Of a stretch of DNA of 64,000 nt, positions 50,851-60,836 are shown one piece after another (position 1 is the first letter of the stretch; each line of letters begins with the position of its first letter). The stretch comes from an uncultured Marmoricola sp. (lineage in GTDB: Bacteria > Actinomycetota > Actinomycetes > Propionibacteriales > Nocardioidaceae). The stretch covers positions 11,162 to 75,161 of the forward strand of contig CAZRKI010000004.1 in the NCBI GenBank assembly GCA_964600765.1. Direction: 5' to 3'. Below the pieces are notes generated by a model. That model searched no databases and was not told the DNA's origin. It worked only from the letters and a program-made list of their open reading frames with translations. A program made the translations under genes and the position numbers.

Positions 50851-51876
50851 TTGTTCGAGGACGCCCTGCTCGATGACCCCCAGGCCCTGACCCGGGTTGA
50901 TGCAAGGCTGCGTCATCTGGCGGAGTCCGGGTCCCGGGTACGCCGGGAAGCGGCGAGTGCAGCCGAGGCGCTGAGCCAGGCAGATCAACACCTGGGCTTG
51001 GATCAACCGAGGGCGATCGTGGCCGCTGGTCCGGATTCCCGGCTGCTCCGGGCCGTGCTGGAACCGGTTTGCCCGGTGCCATTCGTGGCCTGGCCACGAC
51101 CGGGATTACCCGGTTGGGTGGGCAGTCTGGACCTGGTCGTGGTGCTGGCTCCGGAGGGAAGTGACCCAGAGGTCGCCGAGGCAACTGCAGAGGCGACCCG
51201 ACGCGGCTGTCAGTTGATTGTTTTTGCGCCGGAGGGGTCTCTGGTTGCCCAACACTCCAGTAGTCGCTACACGACTCTGATCCCCACTCAGACCAACGAT
51301 CACAACGCAGTGGCGGTGGCGGCACTCTGGCTACTGCACCAGCAACACCTGGGGCCTGAGGTGAACACTGAGTACCTGGCCAAGGCCCTTGATGAGGTTG
51401 CCGTGAATTGCTCTCCGTTCCGGGAGAGCATGATCAACCCCGCCAAGAACCTGGCGATCGGAATGGCAGATGCCAACCCGGTGTTATGGGGGACCAGTCC
51501 GTTGGCCGCCCGAGCGGCACGTCGAGTGGCAGAGGCCATCCGGGCAGCGACCGGCAGATCGGCGTTGGCCGGCCTGGCTGATCAATTGCGACCAATGCTC
51601 GAGGCCGCCGAGCCGCTGGACCTGTTTGCGGATCCCTTTGCCGATGACAACGATGGGGTAGTGGCCCCGCGTCCGGTTCTGGTTGTTCTGGATGATGGCC
51701 CAGTGGACCCCCGGGTAGCAGCCGATCGCAGTGAGCTCGAAGCCGCGGCGCACGCCAATCGGCTCAGAGTGGAGCAGATCCAGGCAAGTGCAGAGGGGGA
51801 GTTGGCCCGGTACGTCTCGATGCAGCTGATCGGGCAGTTTGCAGCCACCTATTTGCAGGTCGGACAGGCCGGGTAG
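50851..51876 (+). CDS. SIS-domain protein (TobH-like / bifunctional PGI-PMI-like)
   Basis: LPGWVGSLDLVVV and NPAKNLA motifs; syntenic with Rv3256c. Confidence 0.8.
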   Translation: MFEDALLDDPQALTRVDARLRHLAESGSRVRREAASAAEALSQADQHLGLDQPRAIVAAGPDSRLLRAVLEPVCPVPFVAWPRPGLPGWVGSLDLVVVLAPEGSDPEVAEATAEATRRGCQLIVFAPEGSLVAQHSSSRYTTLIPTQTNDHNAVAVAALWLLHQQHLGPEVNTEYLAKALDEVAVNCSPFRESMINPAKNLAIGMADANPVLWGTSPLAARAARRVAEAIRAATGRSALAGLADQLRPMLEAAEPLDLFADPFADDNDGVVAPRPVLVVLDDGPVDPRVAADRSELEAAAHANRLRVEQIQASAEGELARYVSMQLIGQFAATYLQVGQAG

Positions 51877-51889
51877 ATAACCTGCTGCC

Positions 51890-52828
51890 ATGTCAGCTGA
51901 AGGTGGTACCAAGGCGGTTGTGGCTGCCTTGTTGGCCAATATGGGTATTGCCGTCACCAAATTTGTGGCGTTCTTCCTGACCGGTGCCTCCTCGATGTTG
52001 GCTGAGGCGATTCACTCGGTGGCAGATTCAGGGAACCAAGTCCTGCTCTTGCTGGGTGGGCGGACCTCCAAACGGGAGCCAACTGCCCAGCATCCATTCG
52101 GTTTCGGTCGGGAACGCTATATCTATGCCTTCATTGTCTCGATCGTGCTGTTCAGCGTGGGTGGTTTGTTTGCCCTGTATGAGGCATACCACAAGTTGCA
52201 GCATGTGCTGGAGCATCCCGGTGATCTTGGCGCCATGGCCGGACGTTGGTGGTGGGTACCAGTGGCGGTGCTCGGGATCGCCATCGTGATGGAGAGTCTG
52301 AGCTTCCGTACGGCCATCAAGGAGTCCAACAAGGTGCGTGGATCAGTTTCGTGGGTGGACTTCATTCGCCGGGCCAAGTCCCCGGAATTGCCGGTGATCC
52401 TGCTGGAGGACTTCGCCGCCCTGGCCGGCCTGCTCTTCGCGCTGTTCGGTGTGGGTCTGACCCTGATCACCCAAAACCCGATCTTCGATGTCATCGGCAC
52501 CGCCTTGATTGGTCTGCTTCTGGTAGCGGTGGCCGTTGTGCTGGGGGTGGAAACCAAGAGTTTGCTGCTGGGGGAGTCGGCATCCAAAGCGGATCAGGAG
52601 CAGATTGCGACTGCGTTGCAGGCCACCGAGGGAATTCTGGGGATCATCCACATGAAGACCCTGCACCTGGGCCCCGAGGAACTCCTGGTGGCGGCCAAGA
52701 TCGATGTCAGTGGCACCGAGACGGCGGCTGCAGTGGCTGAGGCAATTGATCGCGCTGAGGCCAATATTCGGGCAGCGGCACCGACGGCAAGGGTGATTTA
52801 CCTGGAGCCTGATCTGCGCCGGCCCTGA
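51890..52828 (+). CDS. Cation diffusion facilitator (CDF) transporter
   Basis: MLAEAIHSVADSGNQ, HPFGFGRERY and LLEDFAAL motifs. Confidence 0.93.
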   Translation: MSAEGGTKAVVAALLANMGIAVTKFVAFFLTGASSMLAEAIHSVADSGNQVLLLLGGRTSKREPTAQHPFGFGRERYIYAFIVSIVLFSVGGLFALYEAYHKLQHVLEHPGDLGAMAGRWWWVPVAVLGIAIVMESLSFRTAIKESNKVRGSVSWVDFIRRAKSPELPVILLEDFAALAGLLFALFGVGLTLITQNPIFDVIGTALIGLLLVAVAVVLGVETKSLLLGESASKADQEQIATALQATEGILGIIHMKTLHLGPEELLVAAKIDVSGTETAAAVAEAIDRAEANIRAAAPTARVIYLEPDLRRP

Positions 52829-52945
52829 GGCGTAACCGTGACGTGCGCGCGGTCTGATCGTTTTGTAGAATCAGCGCCGCGCCTTGCGCACGAGATCGTG
52901 GCCAGACGCTGGTACACGACAACCCCAATCAAGTGAGGAACCTTC

Positions 52946-54373
52946 ATGGACTACAAGGTCGCTGACCTTTCCCTGGCTGACTTTGGTCGCACCGAGATTT
53001 CCCTGGCGGAACATGAGATGCCGGGCCTGATGGCCATGCGGGCTCGTTATGGCGCCGAACAGCCACTCAAGGGCGCCCGGATCGCCGGATCGCTGCACAT
53101 GACGATTCAGACGGCGGTCCTGATCGAGACCCTGGTAGCTCTTGGTGCTGAGGTGCGTTGGGCTTCCTGCAATATCTTCTCCACCCAGGATCACGCCGCC
53201 GCTGCGGTCGTGGTGGGCCCCAATGGGACCCCGGAGAACCCGCAGGGCGTGCCGGTATTCGCCTGGAAGGGTGAGACCCTGGAGGAGTACTGGTGGTGCA
53301 CCCAGCAGATCCTGGACTGGGGCACGGACACCCCCAACATGATTCTGGATGACGGTGGTGACGCCACCCTGCTCCTGCACCTGGGTGTGGAGGCGGAGAA
53401 GACCGGGCAGGCTCCGGATCCGGCCACCGCCACCAGTGGCGAGCAGCGGATCATTTTCGAGGTGCTCACCGAGCAGTTGGCCAGTAGCAACAACCACTGG
53501 ACCCCGATCGCCAACTCCGTCCAGGGCGTCACGGAGGAAACCACCACCGGAGTTCACCGACTGTACGAAATGATGAAGGAGGGCAAACTGCTCTTCCCGG
53601 CCATCAACGTCAATGACTCGGTAACCAAGTCCAAGTTCGATAACAAATACGGTTGTCGTCACTCCCTGATTGACGGCATCAACCGGGCCACGGATGTATT
53701 GATCGGCGGCAAGGTTGCGGTCGTGTGCGGCTATGGAGACGTGGGCAAGGGATGCGCCGACTCGCTGCGCGGCCAGGGTGCACGAGTGATCATCACCGAG
53801 ATCGATCCAATCTGTGCTCTGCAGGCATCCATGGATGGCTATCAGGTGGACACCCTGGAGAATGCCCTTCCCGTTGCAGATGTGATCATCACTGCCACGG
53901 GCAACAAGGATGTGGTCACCCTTGAGCACATGCGGGCGATGAAGCACAACGCCATCGTCGGCAACATTGGCCATTTCGACAACGAGATTCAGATGGCTGA
54001 GCTCGAGGCCGATGGCGTGGCCGAGCGCAAGAACGTCAAACCCCAGGTTGATCTGTGGACCTTCCCCAACGGCAAGTCCATCATCATCCTTTCCGAGGGA
54101 AGGTTGATGAACCTGGGCAACGCCACTGGGCACCCATCCTTCGTGATGTCCAATTCCTTCACCAACCAGGTGCTGGCCCAGATCGAGATCTTCACCAAGC
54201 TGGATCAGTACCCAATCGGTGTCTATGTGCTGCCCAAGCACCTTGATGAGGAGGTGGCCCGGCTGCACCTGGACTCCCTGGGTGTGAACCTGACCCAGCT
54301 CACCCAGGACCAGGCTGACTACCTGGGACTCCCGGTTGAGGGGCCCTACAAGCCGGAGCATTACCGCTACTGA
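52946..54373 (+). CDS. ahcY: Adenosylhomocysteinase
   Basis: [52 protein letters not shown] and GHPSFVMS motifs. Confidence 0.98.
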   Translation: MDYKVADLSLADFGRTEISLAEHEMPGLMAMRARYGAEQPLKGARIAGSLHMTIQTAVLIETLVALGAEVRWASCNIFSTQDHAAAAVVVGPNGTPENPQGVPVFAWKGETLEEYWWCTQQILDWGTDTPNMILDDGGDATLLLHLGVEAEKTGQAPDPATATSGEQRIIFEVLTEQLASSNNHWTPIANSVQGVTEETTTGVHRLYEMMKEGKLLFPAINVNDSVTKSKFDNKYGCRHSLIDGINRATDVLIGGKVAVVCGYGDVGKGCADSLRGQGARVIITEIDPICALQASMDGYQVDTLENALPVADVIITATGNKDVVTLEHMRAMKHNAIVGNIGHFDNEIQMAELEADGVAERKNVKPQVDLWTFPNGKSIIILSEGRLMNLGNATGHPSFVMSNSFTNQVLAQIEIFTKLDQYPIGVYVLPKHLDEEVARLHLDSLGVNLTQLTQDQADYLGLPVEGPYKPEHYRY

Positions 54374-54400
54374 GGTACCTACTGGGGAATAATCCCAGTC

Positions 54401-55129
54401 ATGGTCCAGACAAATTCTGTGCACACCAGTGGTGAGCGTCCCAGGGTCCTGGTCGTCGATGACGATGCAGCACTCGCTGAGATGCTCACCCTGGTGTTGC
54501 AGAGTGAGGGCTTCATCCCGGAGATGATCTCCAGAGGGGATCGGGCCCTGGCTGCGTTTCGTGCCTTTCAGCCAGACGTGGTGCTGTTGGACCTGATGCT
54601 GCCGGGATTGGATGGCCTTGATGTCTGCCGGCAAATCCGAGAGGAGTCCGGGGTTCCAATCGTGATGCTCACCGCCCGGACCGACACCGTTGACGTGGTC
54701 GAGGGGTTGGAAGCAGGTGCTGATGACTACGTACTCAAGCCCTTCAAGCACAAAGAACTACTGGCCCGGCTCAGGGCCCGGATCCGCCGCGCACCCCGGC
54801 TCAACCCCGAAACCCTGCAGATCGGTGACATCAGTATTGATGTCACCGGACATGAAGTCCGGCGAGCAGGGCAGCTGATCCCGCTCACCCCGCTGGAGTT
54901 CGATCTGCTGGTCACCCTCGCCCAGAGTCCGGGGGTGGTGATGAGTCGCGAAGTGCTGTTGGAGCAGGTCTGGGGTTATCGACATGCTGCCGATACCCGG
55001 CTGGTCAACGTTCACGTGCAGCGACTGCGGGCAAAGGTGGAGCTCGATCCGGAGAATCCCAGGGTAGTGCTGACCGTTCGTGGAGTTGGTTACAAGGCAG
55101 GCTCCACGGATGAGTCCTCCGAAAGCTGA
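54401..55129 (+). CDS. mtrA: OmpR-family response regulator MtrA
   Basis: VVDDDAALAEML, LTPLEFDLL, VWGYRHAADTRLVNVHVQRLRAK and TVRGVGYK motifs. Confidence 0.95.
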   Translation: MVQTNSVHTSGERPRVLVVDDDAALAEMLTLVLQSEGFIPEMISRGDRALAAFRAFQPDVVLLDLMLPGLDGLDVCRQIREESGVPIVMLTARTDTVDVVEGLEAGADDYVLKPFKHKELLARLRARIRRAPRLNPETLQIGDISIDVTGHEVRRAGQLIPLTPLEFDLLVTLAQSPGVVMSREVLLEQVWGYRHAADTRLVNVHVQRLRAKVELDPENPRVVLTVRGVGYKAGSTDESSES

Positions 55130-56732
55130 GCACTCGCTGCTGGGTGCGATCAAGCGGTTCCCGTTGGCGGTGTGGCGCCGTTGGCGCCGGTCCCTGCAGA
55201 CTCGTGTGGTCACGATGGTGATACTGCTTTCCGCTCTGGTCGCCGGCGGAGTTGGTTGGATGGTGATGAACCAGATCTCCGCGGGATTGGTCAACGGTCG
55301 CGCGGAACAGGCAGTTGCCGAGGCCCGAAGCGAAACCCAGTCAGCCCAGTTGCGGCTGAGTGCCTCCAGTAGCAGCGATTCAGATCCTGATTCGCAGGTA
55401 CGCCAGTTGGTTTCCGTGCTGGTGGCCAGAGGGGACATCAAGGGATACCGGGTGATCGTCTATGGGCCGGTTGGGGATTCGACCGCCTCTGCCCAGGGTG
55501 TCCGTAGCACTCCGGAAACACCACTGGAGTTGGTGCCGCAAAGCCTGCGGAAAGTGGTGGACTCCTCCCCGGACCTGGCCTGGACCTTCACCTCTATTCC
55601 TGCCGCGAATGGGGAGGTGCCCGCACTTGCCGTGGGTTCCTCAGTGGTGCTGCCAAGCGATGGTGGCCGTTATTCGGTCTACTACCTGTTCAGCCTGAAG
55701 CGGGAACAGGACACCATTTGGTTGTTGCGCCAGGCCTTGTTGACCTCCGGATTGTTGCTGGTTGCCCTGGTTGCCGCGGTGGTTGGTCTGGTGATCAGGC
55801 AGGTGATTCGACCGGTCCGTCTGGCCAGACATGTTGCTGAGCTGGTAGCCGGCGGCAGCCTGGCTGAGCGAATCCCGGTCAGGGGTGATGATGACCTCGC
55901 CCGATTGGCCACCTCGTTCAACCAGATGTCGGCAGCTCTGCAGACCCAATTCCAGCAGTTGGAGGACCTTTCCCGGGTGCAACGCCAGTTCGTCTCTGAC
56001 GTGTCCCATGAACTACGCACCCCACTGACCACCGTACGGATGGCCGCTGAGGTCCTCTATGACACTCGCGAGCAACTGGATCCGGTGGCGGCGCGTTCGG
56101 CGGAGTTGCTGCAGAACGAACTGGATCGCTTTGAACACCTGCTCACTGACCTGCTGGAGATCAGTCGCTTCGATGCCGGCGCCATGGTCCTGGAGCCAGA
56201 GCCCGCTGATCTGGTGGCCCTGGCCAACAGGGTGGTGCAGAGCTTTGAACCAGTGGCGGGCCACCGGGATGTGCAAATGGCTGTGGAGAGTGCCGGTGAA
56301 GTGGTTGCCGAGATCGACGTACGCCGGGTGGAACGGATCCTGCGCAACCTGATTGGTAATGCGATCGATCATGCCGACGGAAGTGCAGTGGTGATCAGAG
56401 TGGCACAGGACGAAGAGGTGGTGGCCATCACTGTGCGTGATCGCGGGGTGGGGCTCAAACCGGGACAGGCAGCGCAGGTTTTCAACAGGTTCTGGCGTGG
56501 TGACCCGGCCCGGGCGCGAACCACGGGTGGCACTGGTTTGGGGTTGGCCATCTCACTTGAGGATGCCCGCTTGCATCAGGGGTGGCTCCAGGCCTGGGGG
56601 GCTCCGGGTGCAGGTGCTCAGTTCCGGCTGACCCTGCCCAGGCGGTCTGGCGAGCCGGTAACCCACAGCCCACTGCCACTGGTCCCCGAGGGGGTGGGCA
56701 CCATTGCCCAACCGATCAGGCAGGCCCACTGA
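55110..56732 (+). CDS. mtrB: Sensor histidine kinase MtrB
   Basis: Two TMs and a HAMP domain; FVSDVSHELRTPLTT, N box NLIGNA and GGTGLGLAI. Start at ATG 55110. Confidence 0.94.
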   Translation: MSPPKAEHSLLGAIKRFPLAVWRRWRRSLQTRVVTMVILLSALVAGGVGWMVMNQISAGLVNGRAEQAVAEARSETQSAQLRLSASSSSDSDPDSQVRQLVSVLVARGDIKGYRVIVYGPVGDSTASAQGVRSTPETPLELVPQSLRKVVDSSPDLAWTFTSIPAANGEVPALAVGSSVVLPSDGGRYSVYYLFSLKREQDTIWLLRQALLTSGLLLVALVAAVVGLVIRQVIRPVRLARHVAELVAGGSLAERIPVRGDDDLARLATSFNQMSAALQTQFQQLEDLSRVQRQFVSDVSHELRTPLTTVRMAAEVLYDTREQLDPVAARSAELLQNELDRFEHLLTDLLEISRFDAGAMVLEPEPADLVALANRVVQSFEPVAGHRDVQMAVESAGEVVAEIDVRRVERILRNLIGNAIDHADGSAVVIRVAQDEEVVAITVRDRGVGLKPGQAAQVFNRFWRGDPARARTTGGTGLGLAISLEDARLHQGWLQAWGAPGAGAQFRLTLPRRSGEPVTHSPLPLVPEGVGTIAQPIRQAH

Positions 56733-58456
56733 TGAGGGGGTTCAGCCTTGCCGTGCTATTGGTCCTGGCCATCACCGGGTGCTCCGGTATTCCAAGTTCC
56801 GGACCCGTGCACCGGGTTCAGGCCAGTCAATCGACAGTCACCACCCAGTTGCCCAACTTCGCCCCACCCGGTCCGCAACCGGGGGCCGATCCAGAGTCCC
56901 TTGCCAAGGGCTTCCTGCGCTCCCTGACCGCTGTTCCCTTCACCACATCAGTTGCCCGAAAATTCATGACCAACGATGCGGCCTCCTCCTGGAAGCCGGA
57001 TGGCGGCACGATCGTCTACAGCGCCGTCCGGGTAACTCCCACCAGTTCGGGGGTAAAACTGCAACTCACCGTTTCCCAACGACTTGATGGTTATGGTGCC
57101 TGGCAACCGGTGCTTCATCCAGAACAGCAGATCACCCTGGATCTGACCTGGGAGGCCGGACAGTGGCGGATCTCCAATCCCCTGAATCAACTGTTGGTGC
57201 CCGAGCCCTACTTCATTGATGGCTTCCAGAGACTGGGGTTGTACTTCTTTGACCAGACGGGTAGGGCACTGGTCTCAGTGCCAGTTTTCCTGATCCGGGG
57301 GGAGCAACTGGCCAGTGAGTTGGTGCGTAGCCTTTTTGCTGGCCCCGGCGATGATGTGGCAGAAATCCTGCATACTGAGTTCCCGCCTGCAACCCAGGTT
57401 GATGACTTCTCCGTGGTGGTGTCCAGCAGGGGAGTGGCTCAAGTGCCGGTCTCCCCAGATGTGTTGGACCTAACCGGTGAGCAACTGAACCGGGCCATGG
57501 CGCAATTGTCCTGGACCCTACGTCAGATTGACGGGGTCTCCTCGGTGTCACTCCTACTTGATGGGGCGCCGTTGAGCGCCGCCGGACAGGAAAATGCCAT
57601 CCCGGTCAACGACGTGGAGGAGTACAACGCCCTGGCTGGAGGTTCGGAGATCTGGGCTCTGGAGGATGACCGTGTCGTGGTGCTTGCGGAAGGAAAGGCC
57701 CGAGCCGTCGCCGGGCCTCTCGGAAAGCAGTCCCAGCCCTGGCGCTCAGTTGCCGCCAACGAGCGCACCCATACCGCTGCAGTTGTCACTGCAGATGGGC
57801 AGGAACTACTCCTGGCCAGCACCGAGAAGAATCAGCCCGGCCAACCGCAGCCATTCCTGACTGGTGAGGACTTGTTGTCCCCCACTTTCGACGCCCTGGG
57901 GAACCTCTGGGTTGTTGATCGCAATCGGGGCCGGGCCCGGGTCTGGCTGATCACCAACCAGGGCTCACGGCGAGTGTCCATCCCGGGAGTCTCGGGTAGC
58001 CCAGTACGGGCAGTCTCGGTGTCCGGCGAGGGCGCGCGGTTGGCCTTCCTGTTTGATTCGGATCCGACCCGGATCGCGTTGGTGAACCTACTCCGGAAAC
58101 CCACTGGGGATTTCCTCGGTGTGGGCCGCATGCGTGTCTTCCGGCTTCCGGCTCCACCTGGTGACTCCGGTCAGATTACGCAACTGGGGTGGCGGAACTC
58201 CGACACCCTGGTAACCATGACTGTCGATCGGGGGGTCACCCGGATCAATTATCTGGGCAGTGACGGATCCCCGGCGGATTCTGGGCTGATCACGACGATG
58301 CCATTATTCCGAGCCGGGCGCTGGTTGGCGGTCAGCCCTGATTCAGCTCTACCGATGGCCATCGGGGATCGGGACGGCCAGGTGTCGATGTTGGGCACCG
58401 GTGGTGATTGGCAAGTGGGTGCCAGTCACCTGGTGGCACCTACCTATAGCCGATGA
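56732..58456 (+). CDS. lpqB: LpqB lipoprotein (GerMN plus beta-propeller)
   Basis: Lipobox ITGC, GPQPGADP, QWRISNP, LYFFD and PTFDALGNLWVV; follows mtrB. Confidence 0.9.
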   Translation: MRGFSLAVLLVLAITGCSGIPSSGPVHRVQASQSTVTTQLPNFAPPGPQPGADPESLAKGFLRSLTAVPFTTSVARKFMTNDAASSWKPDGGTIVYSAVRVTPTSSGVKLQLTVSQRLDGYGAWQPVLHPEQQITLDLTWEAGQWRISNPLNQLLVPEPYFIDGFQRLGLYFFDQTGRALVSVPVFLIRGEQLASELVRSLFAGPGDDVAEILHTEFPPATQVDDFSVVVSSRGVAQVPVSPDVLDLTGEQLNRAMAQLSWTLRQIDGVSSVSLLLDGAPLSAAGQENAIPVNDVEEYNALAGGSEIWALEDDRVVVLAEGKARAVAGPLGKQSQPWRSVAANERTHTAAVVTADGQELLLASTEKNQPGQPQPFLTGEDLLSPTFDALGNLWVVDRNRGRARVWLITNQGSRRVSIPGVSGSPVRAVSVSGEGARLAFLFDSDPTRIALVNLLRKPTGDFLGVGRMRVFRLPAPPGDSGQITQLGWRNSDTLVTMTVDRGVTRINYLGSDGSPADSGLITTMPLFRAGRWLAVSPDSALPMAIGDRDGQVSMLGTGGDWQVGASHLVAPTYSR

Positions 58457-58514
58457 TCCACAGGGGGGATTGAGTTGACTTTGCCAACTGGCCCAAACGG
58501 CGCACCATGACGCC

Positions 58515-59231
58515 ATGGATGGGTCGGGCCGGTTGGTTGCTGCCTGGCTGGATCTGTTTGCCGGATCCAGTTGTCTGGGCTGTGCTAAAGCGGGCGCCTT
58601 GCTCTGTGCTGATTGTGGATCTGAACTCTCAGGTATGGCCCAGCGGGTTGGGCCGAGTCCCAGCCCGCCTGGATTGCGACCCTGCTGGGCCAGCGCCCCA
58701 TACGACGGGCTGGCCGGTGAACTGGTGCTCTGGCACAAGGAACGAAATGCGCTGAGTCTGACCCGACCTCTTGGGCTGTTGTTGGCCGAAGCGGCGTACC
58801 AACTGCTCCGGAATCATCCGCCAGATCCGCATACTGAGGTGCTCCTGGTTCCGGTGCCCAGCCGGGGGGAGGTAGTCAGGTCGCGGGGGCACAATCCAGT
58901 CAGGGCTATCTGTCTGGTTGCTGCTGACCAACTGCGTCGACTCGGCCTTCCGGTCCGGGTGGAACCACTCCTGCGCCAACGCTTCCGGGTACGCGATCAG
59001 TCAGCTCTATCAGCCATTGAACGCCGCGAGAATCTGGCTGCCTCGATGATGGTCAACAGGTCGGCTCATGCCGCCCTGGTCAGGCAGGCAAGACCAGTGA
59101 CCACGGTGCTCTGTGATGACATCCTGACCACCGGCGCAACTGCTCGGGAGGGCCAGCGGGCGCTTGAGGACAATGGGCTTCAAGTGCGAGGCATCGCCAC
59201 CATTGCCTTTACTTCGCGAAGGTCTCAGTGA
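58515..59231 (+). CDS. comF: ComF-family phosphoribosyltransferase-domain protein
   Basis: CLGC...LCADC zinc finger, LVPVPS, RGHN and LCDDILTTGAT motifs. Confidence 0.9.
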   Translation: MDGSGRLVAAWLDLFAGSSCLGCAKAGALLCADCGSELSGMAQRVGPSPSPPGLRPCWASAPYDGLAGELVLWHKERNALSLTRPLGLLLAEAAYQLLRNHPPDPHTEVLLVPVPSRGEVVRSRGHNPVRAICLVAADQLRRLGLPVRVEPLLRQRFRVRDQSALSAIERRENLAASMMVNRSAHAALVRQARPVTTVLCDDILTTGATAREGQRALEDNGLQVRGIATIAFTSRRSQ

Positions 59232-59377
59232 AGTGGGCAATTCGATTACCCTTTTGTCGTCGGGGGGACTAGGTTGGACTCATGGAGGTCTTCTGGAATC
59301 GATAGCCCGGGGGGACTCCCGTGCTGGCGATCCGGGTTGGCTTTCGGAACCTTGAAAACGACCGCAGGAGGTGCGAG

Positions 59378-59989
59378 ATGGATGTCGTAGTAACCAGCCG
59401 TCAAACGGAGATCACAGACCGATTCCGCGAGCATGTGGAGGACAAACTGGCTCGTTTGGAGAAGCATGATCAACGCATCATCCGGATCGACGTGGTTGTG
59501 GTGGAACGGGATCACCGGCGCGAACCGGACAAGCAGGTCAGGGTCGAATTGACCGCTCGCTCCAAGGGCCCCGTGGTACGCGCAGAGGCGGTTGGTGAGG
59601 ACAAGATGGCCGCTCTTGACCTCGCGGTTGACAAGATGCAGGCCCAGATGCACAAGGCTGCTGATCGTCGAAAGGTGCATCGGGGCAACCACACCCCGGA
59701 GTCAGTACATGCTGCCATGGCTCGCTCGCTGCCAGAGGACCTCCCGGAGCAGGAAGAAGTGGTGGCTGAGCGCAAGGTGGGGCCGGTCACGGTAACTGGC
59801 GAGGGTCCCCTGGTGGTTCGGGAGAAGACTCATCAGGCGGCGCCGATGACCTGCGAGCAGGCGCTCTACGAGATGGAATTGGTTGGCCACGACTTCTACC
59901 TCTATGTGGACAAGGAAACCGAGAAGCCATCGGTGGTCTACCGCCGGAAGGGATATGACTACGGCGTGATCACGCTGGAGCTTTCCTAG
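59378..59989 (+). CDS. hpf: Ribosome hibernation promoting factor (long HPF/RaiA)
   Basis: FREHVEDKL..LEK, VREKTH, EQALYEMELVGHDFYLY and VVYRRKGYDYGVI motifs; GGAGG upstream. Confidence 0.94.
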   Translation: MDVVVTSRQTEITDRFREHVEDKLARLEKHDQRIIRIDVVVVERDHRREPDKQVRVELTARSKGPVVRAEAVGEDKMAALDLAVDKMQAQMHKAADRRKVHRGNHTPESVHAAMARSLPEDLPEQEEVVAERKVGPVTVTGEGPLVVREKTHQAAPMTCEQALYEMELVGHDFYLYVDKETEKPSVVYRRKGYDYGVITLELS

Positions 59990-60050
59990 ATTGCAATTTC
60001 TCAGGCGTGGGGCTTGCCTGCATATCGGTTCTGCGTGCCATGATTAGCCG

Positions 60051-60731
60051 GTGCCCAGGGAGCCCCACGCCGATGCGTCGGTACGCGTCGTCATAGCTGA
60101 CGACCAGGAACTGTTTCGTCGTGGACTGGTCATGCTGCTCAATGCAGAAGATGGTCTTTGCGTGGTTGGCGAGGCCGGCGATGGTCACATGGCGGTTGAG
60201 GTGACCCGTGAACACCGCCCTGATGTCGTGCTCCTGGATGTGCGGATGCCGAGGATGGGCGGTCTCGAGGCCTGCGCTGAGATCCTGACCAACGCGCCTG
60301 GTACCGGCATCATCATGCTCACTGTCAGTGATGAGGAGAATGACCTCTATCAGGCGGTCAGGAATGGCGCTTCTGGATATCTACTCAAGGACGCCTCCAC
60401 TGAGGAGGTGGCCCGAGCGGTGCGCGTGGTTGCCGAGGGACAGTCACTGATTACCCCGGCAATGGCCACCAAACTGATCGAGGAATTCAAGGAACTCGCG
60501 GCAGCATCTCGGGAGAGTCCGCACTCCAAGTTGACCGAGCGGGAATTGGAGGTGCTCCGACTGGTGGCCACTGGCCTGAACAATCGCGAGGCCGCCAAAC
60601 AGTTGTTCATCAGTGAGAACACGGTCAAGAACCACATGCGCAACATCCTGGACAAGTTGCAATTACATTCCAGGATGGAAGCGGTGATGTACGCCGTTCG
60701 TGAGAATCTGATCAGCCCGCCTCAGGCCTGA
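60051..60731 (+). CDS. Orphan NarL/LuxR-family response regulator
   Basis: IADDQELFRRG, LLDVRMP, GYLLK, LTERELEVL and ISENTVKNH motifs. Confidence 0.93.
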   Translation: MPREPHADASVRVVIADDQELFRRGLVMLLNAEDGLCVVGEAGDGHMAVEVTREHRPDVVLLDVRMPRMGGLEACAEILTNAPGTGIIMLTVSDEENDLYQAVRNGASGYLLKDASTEEVARAVRVVAEGQSLITPAMATKLIEEFKELAAASRESPHSKLTERELEVLRLVATGLNNREAAKQLFISENTVKNHMRNILDKLQLHSRMEAVMYAVRENLISPPQA

Positions 60732-60836
60732 GGAAGTTCTGGTCTATCCCAATCAGAGCGCAACCATTGCCAGGATCCGTTCCACGGTGTTGGCTCAACC
60801 CTTACTGTTGTTCGGTCCAAATCAACCGCCACACCT

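Noticed and set aside
54381-54399. Inverted repeat ACTGGG-N7-CCCAGT just before mtrA
   Set aside because: The 6-bp arms have no U-tract and no second copy; this is too weak to call a terminator or operator.
52871-54751. 626-aa antisense ORF opposite ahcY, plus many other 100-300 aa shadow ORFs (for example 10817-11719 and 28276-29037)
   Set aside because: These are stop-poor antisense frames typical of GC-rich coding DNA; they have no recognisable motifs and fully overlap well-supported genes.
59232-59377. Full-length raiA motif ncRNA, which is often found between comF and raiA
   Set aside because: The gap is only 146 bp and lacks the conserved core sequences I remember for that RNA; a cmsearch would settle it.
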